From the human T2T-CHM13v2.0 reference genome, Homo sapiens: a stretch of DNA of 64,000 nt. Under the pieces are notes generated by a model, which was not told the DNA's origin, made no database searches, and saw only the letters and a list, made by a program, of their open reading frames with translations. Positions 40,201 through 64,000 of this stretch are shown here, in pieces. The translations under genes were made by a program, and so were the position numbers. Location of the stretch: the NCBI RefSeq assembly GCF_009914755.1, contig NC_060939.1; one strand, 5' to 3'. The first letter of the stretch is position 1, and each line of letters begins with the position of its first letter.

Positions 40201-43200
40201 TAGGGCGTTTTGACATCACTCTGCACGGATCACCCGGGTTATTTAACTCTTGTCTAGGCTCTGCCTATGGGGGCATTGTGAGTTATCTCTGCACTGATCA
40301 CACAGGAGATGTGACTCTTGTCTAAGCTCTGCGTAGAGGGGCATTGGGACATATCTCTGCACTGATCGCTGAGGTGATGTAAAACTTGTCTAGGCTTTGC
40401 CTACAGTGAGATTTATGACATATCTCTACACTGATCACCCAGCTGATGTAACTCTTGTCTATGCTTTGCTTACAGGGGGTATTGTGAGATATATCTGCAC
40501 TGATCACCCAGGTGATGTAACTCTTCTCTAGCCTCTGCCTACAGGGTTATTTTAACATATCACTGCACTGATCACCGAGATGATGTAACTGTTTTATAGG
40601 TTTCGCCGAGAGGGGGCATTGAGACATATCTCTGCACTGACCACCGAGGTGATGTAACTCTTCTCTGGGATCTGCTTACAGGGGGCATTGTGACATATAT
40701 CTGCCCTGATAACCCAGGTTATGTAACTCTTGTCTAGGCTGTGCCTACTGGAGACATTGTGACATATCTCCCCACTGATCACCAAGGTGTTGTCACTTTT
40801 GTCAAGGATATGGCTACAGGGACATTGTGACATGACACTGCACTGATCACACAGCTGATATAACACTTATCTAGGCTCTGGCTACAGGGGGCTTGTGACA
40901 CATCTCTGCACTGATCACCCAGGTGATGTAACCCTTGTCTAGGTTCTGCCAAAAGGGGTCATTTTGACATAACACTGCACTGATCACCCAGGTGATGGGA
41001 CTCTTTTCTAGGCTCTGCCTACAGGGGCACTGTGACATGTCTCTGCAGTGATTACGCAGGTGATGTAACTCTTGTATAGGCTACACCGACAGGGGGCATT
41101 GAGACAAATCTCTGCACTGATCACCGAGGTGATGCCACTCTTGTCTGGGATCTTCTTACAGGGGGCATTGTGACTTATCTCTGCCTTGATCACCCAGGTG
41201 ATGTAACTCTTGTCTAGGCTCTGCCTATTGGAGACATTGTGACATATCTCCGCACTGATCACCCAGGTGATGTCACTTTTGTCAAGGATATGGCTACAGG
41301 GACATTGTGACATGTCACTGCTCTGATCACACAGCTGATGTAACTCTTGTCTAGGCTCTGGCTACAGGGGGCTTGTGACACATCTATGCACTGATCACCC
41401 AGGTGATGTAACCATTTTCTAGGCTCTGCCAAAAGGGGGCATTGTGACATAACTCTGCACTGATCACCCAGGTGATGGTACTCCTGTCTAGGATCTGCCT
41501 ACAGGGGCATTGTGACATATCTCTGCAGTGATCGCGCAGGTGAGGTAACTATTGTCTACATCTGCCTACTGGCGGCATTGTGGCATATTTCTGCACTGAT
41601 CACCCAGGTGATGGACTCTTGTCTTGGATCTGCCTATGGGGGCATAATGACATATCTCTGCACTGATCACTCATGTGATGTAACGCTTGTCTAAGCTGCG
41701 CCTAAAGGGGAATTGTGACAGATATCTCCACTGATCACCCAGGTGATGTAACAATATTCTGGGATTTGTCTACAGGGGGCTTTCTGACATATATTTGCAC
41801 TGATCACCCAGGAGATTTAACATTTGTCTAGGCTCGGCCTACAGGGGCTTTGTGACATATTTCTGCACTGATCACCCAGGTGATGTAACACTTGTCTAGG
41901 CTCCGCCTACAGGGGGTTGGTGACATATCTCTGCACTTATCACCCAGGTGATGTAACTCTTGTCTAGGCTCCACCTACAGGGGGTATTGTGACGTATCTC
42001 TGCACTGATCATCCAGGTGTTGTATCATTTATCTAGGCTCAGCCTACAGGGGCGTTTTGACATAGCTCTGCACAGATCACCTAGGTTATGTAACTCTTGT
42101 CCACTCTCTGCCTACAGGGGGCATTGTGAAATATCTCTGCACTGATCACCCAGGTGATGGGACTTTTCTCTATACTCTGCCTAGAGGGGGATTTGTGATA
42201 TACCTCTGCACTGATCACCCAGGTGATGGAAGTCTTGTCTAGGCTCTGTCTTCAGGGATTTTTGTGACATATCACTGCACTGATCACCTAGGTGATGTAA
42301 GCCTTGTATAGGCTTTGCCTACAGAAGGCTTTGTGACATATCTAAGCAGTGATCTTTAAGGTGATGCAACTCTTGTCTAGGCACTGCCTACAGGGGACAT
42401 TTGTACATATCTCTGCACTGATCACCCAGGTGTGGACTCTTGTCTTAGATCTGCCTACATGGACATTGTGACACATCTCTGAACTGATCAACCAAGTGAT
42501 GAATCTCTTGTCTAGGCTCTGCCTACAGGGGCTTTGTGAAACATCTCTACACTGATCACCCTGAGGATGGAACTCTTGTCTACGCTCTGCCTAGAGGAGG
42601 CTTTATGACTTATACCTGCCCTGAAAACCTAGGTTATGTAACACTTGTCTAGGATCTGCCTACACGGGAATTCTCACATATCTCTTCACTGATCACCCGG
42701 CTCATGTAACTCCTGTCTAGGTTCAGCCTACAGGAGCGTTTTGACATATCTCTGCACTGATCACCCAAGTGATGTAACCCTTTTCTAAGCACTGCCTACA
42801 GGGGCATTGTGACAGATCTCTCCACTGCTCACCCAGGTGATGTAACAATTGTCTGGGCTTTGCCTACAGGGGGCTTTGTGATATACATTTCCACTGATCA
42901 AACAGGTGATGTAACACTTGTCAAGGTTCTGCTTGCAGGGGTTTGTGACATATCTGTGCACAGATCACCCCAGGGAGGAAAGACTTGTCTACACTCTGCC
43001 TACAGGAGGCTTTATGACTTATCCCTGCAATGATCACTAGGTGATGTAACACTTGTCTAGGCTCTGTCTATATGGGAATTTTCACATATCTCTACACTGA
43101 TCACCTAAGTGATGTAACCCTTGTCTAGGTTCAGCCTACTGGGGATTTCTGACATACCTATGCACTGATCACCGTGGTGATGTATATCATTTCCAGGTTT

Positions 43201-43338
43201 TTTGTACTGGGGACATTGTGATATATCTCTGAACTGATCACCCAAATGTTGCAAATCTCTAGGCTCTGCAGGGAGGGGGCATTGTGACATATTTCTGAAC
43301 TGATCATCCAGGAGATGTAACTATTCTGCAGGCTTTGA
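37281..43338. repeat. Beta satellite array 3
   Basis: Tandem ~68-bp monomers with an internal 480-bp duplication (40801 vs 41281). Confidence 0.95.
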
Positions 43339-46040
<2,702 letters not shown>

Positions 46041-49000
46041 GACACATCTCTGAACTGATCAACAAAGGGATACACCACTTGTCTAGGCTCTGCCTTCAGG
46101 GGCTTTGTGACATATCCCTGCACTGATCACCCAGGTGATGGGACTTTTGTCTAGGCTCTGCCTATGGGGGCATGGTGACATATCTCTACACTGATCACCT
46201 AGGTGATGTAACTCTTGTGTTGGATCTGCCTATGGGGGCATTGTGACATATTTCTGCACTCATCTCCCAGGTGATGGGACTCTTATCTAGGCTCTGTGTG
46301 TGGGGGCTTTGTGACATATCTCTGCACTGATCACCCAGGTGATGTTACGTTTGACTAGTCTCTGCCTACGGGGCATAGTGACATATCACTGCATTGATCA
46401 CCCAGGTGATGTAACTCTTGTCCAGGCTCTGCCTATAGGGGGCCTTGTGACATATCTCTGCACTGATCATCTAGGTGATATAACACTTGCTTACGCTCTG
46501 CCTGCAGGGGCATTGTGAAATATCTCTGCACTGATCACCCAGGTGATGGGACTGTTTTCTAGGCTCTGCCTACTGGGGGCATTGTCACATATTACTGCAC
46601 TGATCATCCAGGTGACGGAGTCTTGTTTTGGATTTGCCTATGGGGACATTGTGACATATATCTGCACTGATCACCCAGGTGATGTAACACTGGTCTGAGC
46701 TCTGCCTAAAGGGGCTTTGTGACAGATCTCTGCACTGATCACTCAGGTGATGTAACTATTGTCTAGGCTCTGCTTAAAGGGGCCTTGTCACATATCTCTG
46801 CACTGATCACCCAGGTGATGTAACTCTTGTCTAGGCTCTGCTTACAGGGGGTATTGTGACATATCTCTGCACTGATCACCTAAGTGATGTAACACTTGTG
46901 TAGGCTCTGTCTACAGGGGCATTTTGACATATCTCTGCACTGCTAACCGAGGTGATGTAACTCTTGTGTAGGCTGTACCCACAGGGGGATTGAGACATAT
47001 CTCTGCACTGATCCCGAGGTGATCCAAGTCTTGCCTGGTCTCTGCCTACTGGGGACATTGTGACATATCTCTGCACTGATCTCCCAGGTGCTGTAACTTT
47101 AGTCCAGGCTCTGGTTACAAGGCATTGTGACATATCTCTGGACTGATCACCCAGGTGATATAACTCTTCTCTAGGATCTGCCTACAGGGTGCTTTGTGAC
47201 ATATCCCTGCAATGATCACCCAGGTGATATACCACTTGTCAAGTCTCTGCCTACAGGTTCATTGCGATGTATTTCTGCACTGATCACCTACTTCATGTAA
47301 ACCTTGTCTAGGCTCTGCCTACAGTGTCATTTAGACATATCTCTGCACTAATCACGCAGGTGATGTAACTGTTTTCTAGGATCTGCCTACAGAGTGCTTT
47401 GTGATACATCCGTGCAATGATCACCCAGGTGATGTACCACTTGTCAAGCCTCTGCCTACAGGGACATTGCGATGTATCTCTTCACAGATCACCTAGGTCA
47501 TGTAACTCTTGTCAAGGATCTGCCAACAGTGGCATTGTGGAATATCTCTACACTGTTCATCCAAGTGATATAACCCTTGTCTAGGATCTGCCTAAAGGGA
47601 CTTTGTGACATAACTCTGCCCTGATCATTCAGGTGATGGGGCTTTTTTCTAGGCTCTGCCTAAGGGGGCATTGTGACATATTTTTGCACTGATCACCCAG
47701 GTCACGGACTCTTGTCTTGGATCTGCCTATGGGGGCATTGGGACATATCTCTGTACTGATCACCCAGGTGATGTAACTGTTGTATAAGCTCTGCCTACAG
47801 GGGAATTGTGAGAGATCTCGCCACTGATCACCCAAGTGATGTAACGATAGTCTAGGCTTTGCCTACAGGGGCCTTTGTGACATACCTTTGCACTGATCAC
47901 CCAGGTGATGTAACTCATCTAAGTTCTGCCTACAGGACCTATGTGACATATCTCTGCACTGATCACTTAGGTGATGTAACACTTTTATAAGCATTGCCTA
48001 CAGGGAAATTTGACAAATCTCTGCACTGATCACCCAGGTGATGTAACTCATCTAAGTTCTGCCTACAGGAGCTATGTGACATATCTCTGCACTGATCACT
48101 TAGGTGATGTAACACTTTTATATGCACTGCCTAAAGGGTATTTTGACAAATCTCTGCACTGATCACCTACGTGATGTAACTTTTGTCTACCATCTGCCCA
48201 AAGGGGGCATTGTGAAATATCTCTGCACTGATCACCCAGGTGATTCAACTCTTGTCTAGGATCTGCCTACAGGGGGTATTGTGAAATATCTCTGCACTGA
48301 TCAACTAGGTGATGTAACTCTTGTCTAGACTCTGCCTACAGGGCCGTTTTCACATGTCCCTGAACTGATGACAAAGATGATGTAACTCTTGCCTAGGCTT
48401 TGCCTACAGGGGATATTGTGACATATCTCTGCACTGATCACCCAGGTGATGCAACTCTTCTCTATGCTCTGCCTACAGGGGACATTGTGACTTTTCTCTG
48501 CACTGATCACCCATGTGATGCAACTCTTCTCTATGCTCTGCCTACAGGGGTCATTGTGACATATCTCTGCACTGATCACCCAGGTGATGTAACTCTTTTC
48601 TAGTCTCTGCCTACAGAGGGCGTTGTGACATCACTATGCACGGATCATCCGGGTTATGTAACACTTGTCTAGGCTCTGCCAATGGGGTCATTGTGACATA
48701 TCTCTGCAGTGATCACCCAGGAGATGGGACTCTTGTCTAGGCTCTGCCTACAGGAGCATTGTGACATATCTCTGCAGTGATCACGCAGGTGATGTAACTC
48801 TTTTCTATATCTGCCTACTGGTGGCATTGTGGCAGATTTCTGCACTGATTACCCAGGTGATGGACTCTTGTCTTGGATCTGCCTATGGGGGCATAGTGAC
48901 ATATCTCTGCACTGATCACTCATGTGATGTAACGCTTGTCTTAGCTGCGCCTAAAGGGGAATTGTGACAGATAACTCCACTGATCACCCAGGTGATGTAA

Positions 49001-50591
49001 CAATTTTCTGGGATTTGTCTACAGGCGGCTTTGTGACATATCTTTGCTCTGATCACCCAGGAGATGTAACTCTTGTCTAGGCTCGGCCTACAGGGGCTTT
49101 CTGACATATTTCTGCACTGATCACCCAGGTGATGTAACTCCTGTTTAGGCTCTGCCTACAGGGGGTATTGTGACGTATCTCTTCACTGATCACCCAGGTG
49201 ATGTAACTCTTCTCTAGGCTCCACCTACAGGGGGTATTGTGACGTATCTCTGCACTGATCACCCAGGTGATGTAACATTTATCTAGGCTCTGCCTACAGG
49301 GGCGTTATGACATAGTTCTGCACAGATCACCTAGGTTATGTAACTCTTGTCCACACTCTGCCTACAGGGGGCATTGTGAAATATCTCTTCACTGATCACC
49401 CAGGTGATGGAAGTCTTGTCTAGGCTCTGTCTATGGGGGCATTGTGTCCAATATCTGCACTGATCACCCAGGTGATGCAACTCTTGTCTAGGCTCTGTCT
49501 ACAGGGATTGGTGTGACATATCACTACACTGATCACCTAGGAGATGTAAACCTTGTATGGGCTCTTCCTACAGAAGGCTTTGTGACATATCTATGCACTG
49601 ACCTCTGAGGTGATGCAACTCTTGTCTAGGCACTGCCTACAGGGGATATTGGTACATATCTCTGCACTGATCACCCAAGTGATGGGCTCTTGTCTTAGAC
49701 CTGCCTACATGGACATTTTGACACCTCTCTGAACTGATCTACCAAGTGATGAAACTGTTGTCTGGGCTCTCCCTACAGGGGCTTTGTGACACATCTCTGC
49801 ACTGATCACCCTGGGGAGGGAACTCTTGTCTACATTCTGCCTATAGGAGGCTTTATGTCTTATACCTGCAATGATAACCTAGTTGATGCCACCCTTGTCT
49901 AGACTCTGCCTACACGGGAATTCTCACATATCTCTGCACTGATCACCCAGGTGATGTAACTCCTGTCTAGGTTCAGCTTACAGGAGTGTTTTGACATATC
50001 TCTGCACTGATCACCCAGGTGATGTAACCCTTGTCTAAGCTCTGCCTACAGGGCATTGTGACAGATCTCTCCACTGCTCACCCAGGTGATGTAACAATTG
50101 TCTGGGCTTTGCCTACAGGGGGCTTTGTGACATACGTTTCCACTGATCAAACAGGTGATGTATCCCTTCTCTAGGTACAGCTTACAGGGGCTTTGTGACA
50201 TATCTCTGCACTGATCAACCCTGGGAGGAAACAGTTGTCTACACTCTGCGTACGGGAGGCTTTGCGACTTATCTCTGCACTGATCATTAGGTGATGTAAC
50301 ACTTGTCTAGGCTCTGTCTACACGGGAATATTCACATATCTCTACACTCATCACCTAAGTGAAGTAAAACTTGTCTAGGTTCAGCCTACTGGGGATTTCT
50401 GACATATCTATGCACTGATCACCGAGGTGATGTAAATCATTTCCAGGCTTTTTGTACGGGGGACATTGTGATATATCTCTGCACTGATCACCCAAATGAT
50501 GCAAATCTTCTCTAGGCTCTGCAGGGAGGGGGCATTGTGACATATTTCTGAAACGATCATCCAGGAGATGGAACTATTCTCCAGGCTTTGA
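46041..50591. repeat. Beta satellite array 4
   Basis: Tandem ~68-bp monomers. Confidence 0.95.
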
Positions 50592-53330
<2,739 letters not shown>

Positions 53331-56300
53331 ACATCTCTGAACTGATCAAAAAACTGACGTAACACTTGTCTAGGCTGTTCCTGCAGGGGCTTTGTGACAT
53401 ATCTCTGCACTGATCACCCAGGTGATGGGACTTTTGTCTAGGCTCTGCCTATGGGGGCATTGTGACATATGTCTACACTGATCCCCCAGGTGATGTAACA
53501 CTTGTGTTGGATCTGCCTATGTGGGCATTGTGACATATTTCTGCAGTGATCACCCTGGTGATGGGACACTTGTCTAGGCTCTGTGTATGGGGGCTTTGTG
53601 ACATATCTCTGCACTGATCACCCAGGTGATGTAACACTTGACTAGGCTTTGCCTACGTGGCATAGTGACATATAACTGTATTAATCACAGAGGTGATGTA
53701 ACTCTTGTCCAGGCTCTGCCTATAGGGCCCCTTGTGACATATCTCTGCACTGATCATCTAAGCGATGTAACTCTTTCTTACGCTCTGCCTGCAGGGGCAT
53801 TGTGAAATATCTCTGCACTGATCACCCAGGTGATGTAACTCATCTAAGTTCTGCCTACAGGAGCTTTGTGATATATCTCTGCACTGATCACTTAGGTGAT
53901 GTAACACTTTTATAAGCACTGCCTACAGGGAATTTTGACAAATCTCTGCACTGATCACCTAGGTGATGAAACTCTTGTCTACCCTCTGCCCAAAGGGGGC
54001 ATCGGGAAATATCTCTGCACTGATCACCCAGGTGATTCAACTCTTGTCTAGGATCTGCCTACAGGGGGTATTGTGAAATATCTCTGCACTGATCAACTAT
54101 GTGATGTAACTCTTGTCTAGGCTGTGCCTACAGTGGCGTTTTCACATATCCCTGAACCGATGACAAAGGTGATGTAACCCTTGCCTAGGCTTTGCCTACA
54201 GGGGACATTGTGACATATCTCTGCACTGATCACCCAGGTGATGCAACTCTTCTCTATGCTCTGCCTACAGGGGACATTGTGACATATCTCTGCACTGATC
54301 ACCCAGGTGATGCAACTCTTCTCTATACTCTGCCTACAGGGGGCATTGTGACATATCTCTGCACTGATCACCCAGGTGATGTAACTCCTTTCTACTCTCT
54401 GCCTACAGAGAGCGTTGTGACATCACTCTGCACGGATCACCAGGATTATGTAACTCTTGTTTAGGCTCTGCCTATGGGGGCATTGTGATTTATCTCTGCA
54501 CTGATCACCCAGGAGATGTGACTCTTGTCTAAGCTCTGCCTAGAGTGACATTGGGACATATCTCTGCACTGATTGCTGAGGTGATGTAAAACTTGTCTAG
54601 GCTTTGCCTACAGTGGAATTTATGACATATCTCTGCACTGATCACCCAGGTGATGTAACTCTTGTCTAGGCTCTGCTTACAGGGGGTATTGTGAGATATC
54701 GCTGCACTGAACACCCAGGTGATGGAACAATTGTCTAGGCTCTGCCTACAGGGGCATTTTAACATATCACTGCACTGATCAACGAGATGATGTAACTCTT
54801 GTATAGGCTTCGCTGACAGGGGGCATTGAGATATATGTCTGCACTGATCACCGAGGTGATGCAACTCTTGTCTGGGATCTGCTTACAGGGGGCATTGTGA
54901 CATATCTCTGCCCTGATCACCCCGGTGATGTAACTTATGTCTAGGCTCTGTCTGCTGGAGACATTGTGACATATCTCCCCACTGATCACCCAGGTGATGT
55001 CACTTTTTTCAAGGATATGGCTACAGGGACATTGTGACATGTCACTTCACTGATCACACAGCTGATGTAACTCTTGTCTAGGCTCTGGCTACAGGGGGCT
55101 TGTGACACATCTCTGCACTGATCACCGAGGTGATGTAACCCTTGTCTAGGCTCTGCCAAAAGGGGGCATTGTGACACAACTCTGCACTGATCACCCAGGT
55201 GATGGGACCCTTGTCTAGGCTCTGCTTACAGGGGCATTGTGACATATCTCTGCAGTGATCACGCAGGTGATGTAACTCTTGTCTATATCTGCCTACTGGT
55301 GGTATTATGTCATCTTTCTGCACTGATCACCCAGGTGATGGACTCTTGTCTTGGATCTGCCTACGGGGGCATAGTGACATATCCCTGCACTGATCACTCA
55401 TGTGATGTAACGCTTGTCTAATCTGCACCTAAAGGGGAATTTTGACACATATCTCCACTGATCACCCAGGTGATGTAACAATTTTCTCGGATTTTTCTAC
55501 TGGGGGCTTTGTGACATATCTTTGCACTGATCACTCAGGAGATGTAACTCTTGTCTAGGCTCGGCCTACATGGGCTTTGTGACATATTTCTGCACTGATC
55601 ACCCAGGTGATGTAACTCTTGTCTAGGCTCCACCTACGGGGGTATTGTGACGTATCTCAGCAAGGATCACCCAGGTGATGTAACATTTATCTAGGCTCTG
55701 CCTACAAGGGCGTTTTGACATAGCTCTGTACAGATCACCCAGGTTATGTAACTCTTGTCCACTCTCTGCCTACAGGGGGCATTGTGAAATATCTCTGCAC
55801 TGATCAACTAGGTGATGTAACTCTTGTCTAGGCTCTGCCTACAAGGGAGTTTTCACATATCTCTAAACTGATGACAAAGGTGTTGTAAGTCTTGCCTAGG
55901 CTTTGCCTACAGGAGACATTGCAACATGTCTCTGCACTGATCACCCAGGTGATGCAACTCTTCTCTATGCTCTGTCTACAGGGGACATTGTGACATATCT
56001 CTGAACTGATCACCCAGGTGATGCAACTCTTTTCTAGTCTCTGCCTACGGAGGGCGTTCTGATATCACTCTGCACGGATAACCGTGGTTATATTACTCTT
56101 GTCTAGGCTCTTCCTATGGGGGCATTGTGACTTATCTCTGCACTGATCACCTAGGAGATGTGACTCTTGTCTAAGCTCTGCCTAGAGAGACATTGGGACA
56201 TATCTCTGCACTGATCGCTGAGGTGATGTAAAACTTGTCTAGGCTTTGCCTACAGTGGGATTTATGACATATCTCTGCACTGATCACCCAGGTGATGTAA

Positions 56301-58370
56301 CTCTTGTCTAGGCTCTGCTTACGGGGGTATTGTGTGATATCTCTGAACTGATCACCCAGGTGATGTAACTCTTGTCTAGGCTGTGCCTGCAGGGGCATTT
56401 TCACGTATCACTGCGCTGATCACTGAGATGATGTAACTCTTGTATAGGCTTTGCCGACACGGGGCATTGAGACATATCTCTGCACTAATCACCGAATTGA
56501 TGCAACTCTTGTCTCGGATCTGCTTACAGGGGGCATTGTGACATAACTCTGCCCTGATCACCCAGGTGATGTAACTCTTGTCTAGGCTCTGCCTACTGGA
56601 GACATTCTGACATATCTCTGCACTGATCACCCAGGTGATGTCACATTTTTCAAGGATATGGCCAGAGGGACATTATGACTTGTCACTGCACTGATCACAC
56701 AGCTGATGTAACTCTTGTCTAGGCTCTGGGTACAGGGGACTTGTGACACATCTCTGCACTGATCCCCCAGGAGTTGTAACTCTTGTCTAAGCTCGGCCTA
56801 CAGGTAATTTGTGACATATTTCTGCACTGATCACCCAGGTGATTTAACTCTTGTTTAGGCTCTGCCTACAGGGGCTTTGTGACATATCTCTGCACTGATC
56901 ACCCAGGTGATGTAATTCTTGTCTAGGCTCCACCTACAGGGTGTATTGTGACGTATGTCTGCACTTATCACCCAGGTGATGTAACATTTATCTAGGCTCT
57001 GCCTAAAGTGGCGTTTTGACATAGCTCTGCACAGATCACCTAGCTTATGTAGGTCTTGTCCACTCTCTGCCTGCAGGGGGCATTGTGAAATACCTCTGCA
57101 CTGATCACCCAGGTGTTGGGGCTCTTCTCTATACTCTGCCTAGAGGGGGATTCGTGACATATCTCTGCACTAATCACCAAGGTGATGGAAGTCTTGTCTA
57201 GGCTCTGTCTATGGGGGCATTGTGTCAAATATCTGCACTGATCACCCAGGTGATGTAACTCTTTCGTAGGCTCTGTCTACAGGGATTTTTGTGACATATC
57301 ACTGCACTGATCACCTAGGTGATGTAAGCCTTTTATGGGCTTTGCCTACAGAAGGCTTTGTGACATATCTATGCACTCATCTCTGAGGTGATTCATCTCT
57401 TGTCTAGGCACTGCCTACAGGGGTCATTGGTACATATCTCTGCACTGATCACCGAGGTGATGGATTCTTTTCTTGGATCTGCCTACATGGATATTGTGAC
57501 ACATCTCTGAACTGATCAACCAAGTAATGAAACTCTTGTCTAGGCTCTGCCTACAGGGGCTTTGTGACACATCTCTGCACTGATCACCCTGGGGAGGGAA
57601 CTCTTTTCTATGCTCTGTCTTCAGGAGTCTTTACGACTTATACCTGCACTGATAACCTAGGTGATGTAACACTTGTCTAGAGTCTGCCTACACGGGTATT
57701 CTCAAATATCTCTGCACTGATCACCCGGGTGATGTAACTCCTCTCTAGGTTCAGACTACAGGAGCGTTTTGACATATCTCTGCACTGATCACCCAGGTGA
57801 TGTAACCCTTGTCTAAGCTCTGCCTACAGGGGCATTGTGACAGATCTCTCCACTGCTCACCCAGGTGATGTAACAATTGTCTGGTCTTTGCCTACAGGGG
57901 GCTTTGTGATATACATTTCCACTGATCAAACATGTGATGTAACCCTTGTCAAGGTTCTGCTTACAGGGGCTTTGTGACATATCTCTGCACTGATCACCCC
58001 AGGGAGAAAACACTTTTATTCACTCCGCCTACAGGAGGCTTTACGACTTCTCCCTGCACTGATCACTAGGTGATGGAACACTTGTCTAGTATCTGTCTAC
58101 ACGGGAATTTTCACATATCTCTCCACTGATCACCTAAGTGATGTAACCCTTGTCTAGGTTCAGCCTACTGGGGATTTCTGACATACGTATGGACTGATCA
58201 CCGAGGTGATGTAAATCATTTCCAGGCTTTTTGCACAGGGGACATTGTGATATATCTCTGCACTGATCACCCAAATGATGCAAATTTTCTCTAGACTCCG
58301 CAGGGGGGAGCATTGTGACATATTTCTTAACTGATCATCCAGGAAGATGTAACTATTCTCCAGGCTTTTA
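53331..58370. repeat. Beta satellite array 5
   Basis: Tandem ~68-bp monomers. Confidence 0.95.
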
Positions 58371-59078
58371 CTAAAGAGCATCGGAAGGTGTTGGGAGATC
58401 CTCAGCCGGAATTTCTCGGACGGACAAGGGCACAGAGAGGCCAGCGGGCTCCCTTGCACGTCAGCTGGTGTGCGCAGTGAGCGCAGGTCTAGCCAGGAGG
58501 CCGGCAAAGACAGCTAGAGGTCGGCGTTCCGCCATCAGGTGCTCCATGCTGGCAGCTGGGACGCTGCAGGGGCATGGGCGGGCCGGCGACGGTAGCACGG
58601 AGGCGCAGAGGAGGCGAGCCGCCAGAGTGGAGTGAGGCCTGGACACTGCGCGGGCCGGTGTTTCACGGCACGGGGGTCTCCACCTCGCCCAGGGGAGGAC
58701 GCATTTCCCCGGGGTGGGGAGTGGGGGTGGGGAGGTGATGGTCAGGCGGGTGTGGGGTTGTGGAAAAGCTCCATATCTCTGCCCGGGCTGCTCCCACAGC
58801 CCAGGCGGCTGCCCGCAAACCCGCATGTGTGCAGTAGGCGGCACACCTGCTGGTACCTGGGCCGGCTCTGGGATCCCCGGGATGCCCAGGAAAGAATGGC
58901 AGTTCTCCGCTGTGTGGAGTTTCTCACCGGGCCTAGACCTAGAAGGCAGGAATCCCAGGCCCGTCAGCCCAGTGCAGGGGGCGTGGGGAAGACATGCCCC
59001 TCCATAGCCAGCCAGGTGTTCCCCACGAAAGAGAGGCCACCGCCCTGCACCGACCCGACCACGTCCCAACCTCGCATC

Positions 59079-60452
<1,374 letters not shown>

Positions 60453-61045
60453 CACACCGGAAGGGTCCCAGGGCGTCGAGGCCTGTGGCCGGGTGGAGGT
60501 GGGGTGGGGGGGGAGGGTGTGGTGATGGCGGTGGTGGGGCCGGAGACACTAAGAGGAAGGGGGCGAGGGGGAAGGGGTGAGGGGAGCTTGTTTCCGGGGC
60601 TGGCTCTCTGGACCTTTTCAGGAATCCGGCGGGAACTGGAAGCCGCTCTCTGGGCTCCCACACATCTTCAGCAGGGAGAAGCCGGCCTGGGAGGGTGGAG
60701 GGGAGTGTGGAACTGAACCTCCGTGGGAGTCTGGAGTGATCCAAGCCCTCTCTCCCTGAAGGAGGCAGTGCCTGTGGGTGTCACCATTGCCGGGACAGTC
60801 TCACACAGGCAGGTGTGTGGCTCTCGTTCATTTCCACATAGGAGACCAGAGCGAGACCCCAGAGAGAAGATGCCTCCCCAGCATCATGGCCTGACAATGG
60901 ATTCTCGTGTGCGGCAACATGGGGAGTCTGCAGTGTGGCAGGTTTGGAAACCGGCAAGGAGAGCGAAGGCACCATGCCGGTCTTCAACCCTTCCCTGCAT
61001 GTTTCCGTGTGCCCGCAGAGCTCCGGGTGCACAAAGTCAGCATGA

Positions 61046-63897
<2,852 letters not shown>

Positions 63898-64000
63898 GAC
63901 GCAGGGTTGGGACGGGATTGGGTCGGTGCAGGGCGGTGGCCTCTCTTTCGTGGGGAACACCTGGCTGGCTATGGAGGGGCGTGTCTTCCCCCCACCCCCT

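Overview
Primate (human-like) pericentromeric or acrocentric-type heterochromatin, not microbial DNA. Almost all ORFs in the track are artefacts of repeats. 1-27009 is CATTC-type satellite (HSat3-like) in three layers. Two CCACT/CCATT blocks (1-~9985 and ~17281-27009) are punctuated by ~54 copies of a ~60-bp Alu 3'-end fragment arranged in ~1.5-2.1 kb higher-order repeats. They flank an Alu-free CATTC/CATTCGAGTC block. 27010-64000 is 68-bp beta (Sau3A) satellite carrying five minus-strand ~2.7-kb D4Z4-derived DUX4-like cassettes, each with a promoter, a double-homeobox gene and a pLAM-like end. A sixth cassette is inverted and 5'-truncated. No full-length DUX4 ORF survives. Cassette 5 keeps a 170-aa double-homeodomain ORF (DUX1-like in length) behind a TATAA box and GC box. 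No cassette has the ATTAAA poly(A) signal. Two junctions (~8116-8162 and ~62893-62924) show serial fold-back signatures. Family assignments rest on recalled consensus sequences, not database searches. The chromosome cannot be determined from this window.
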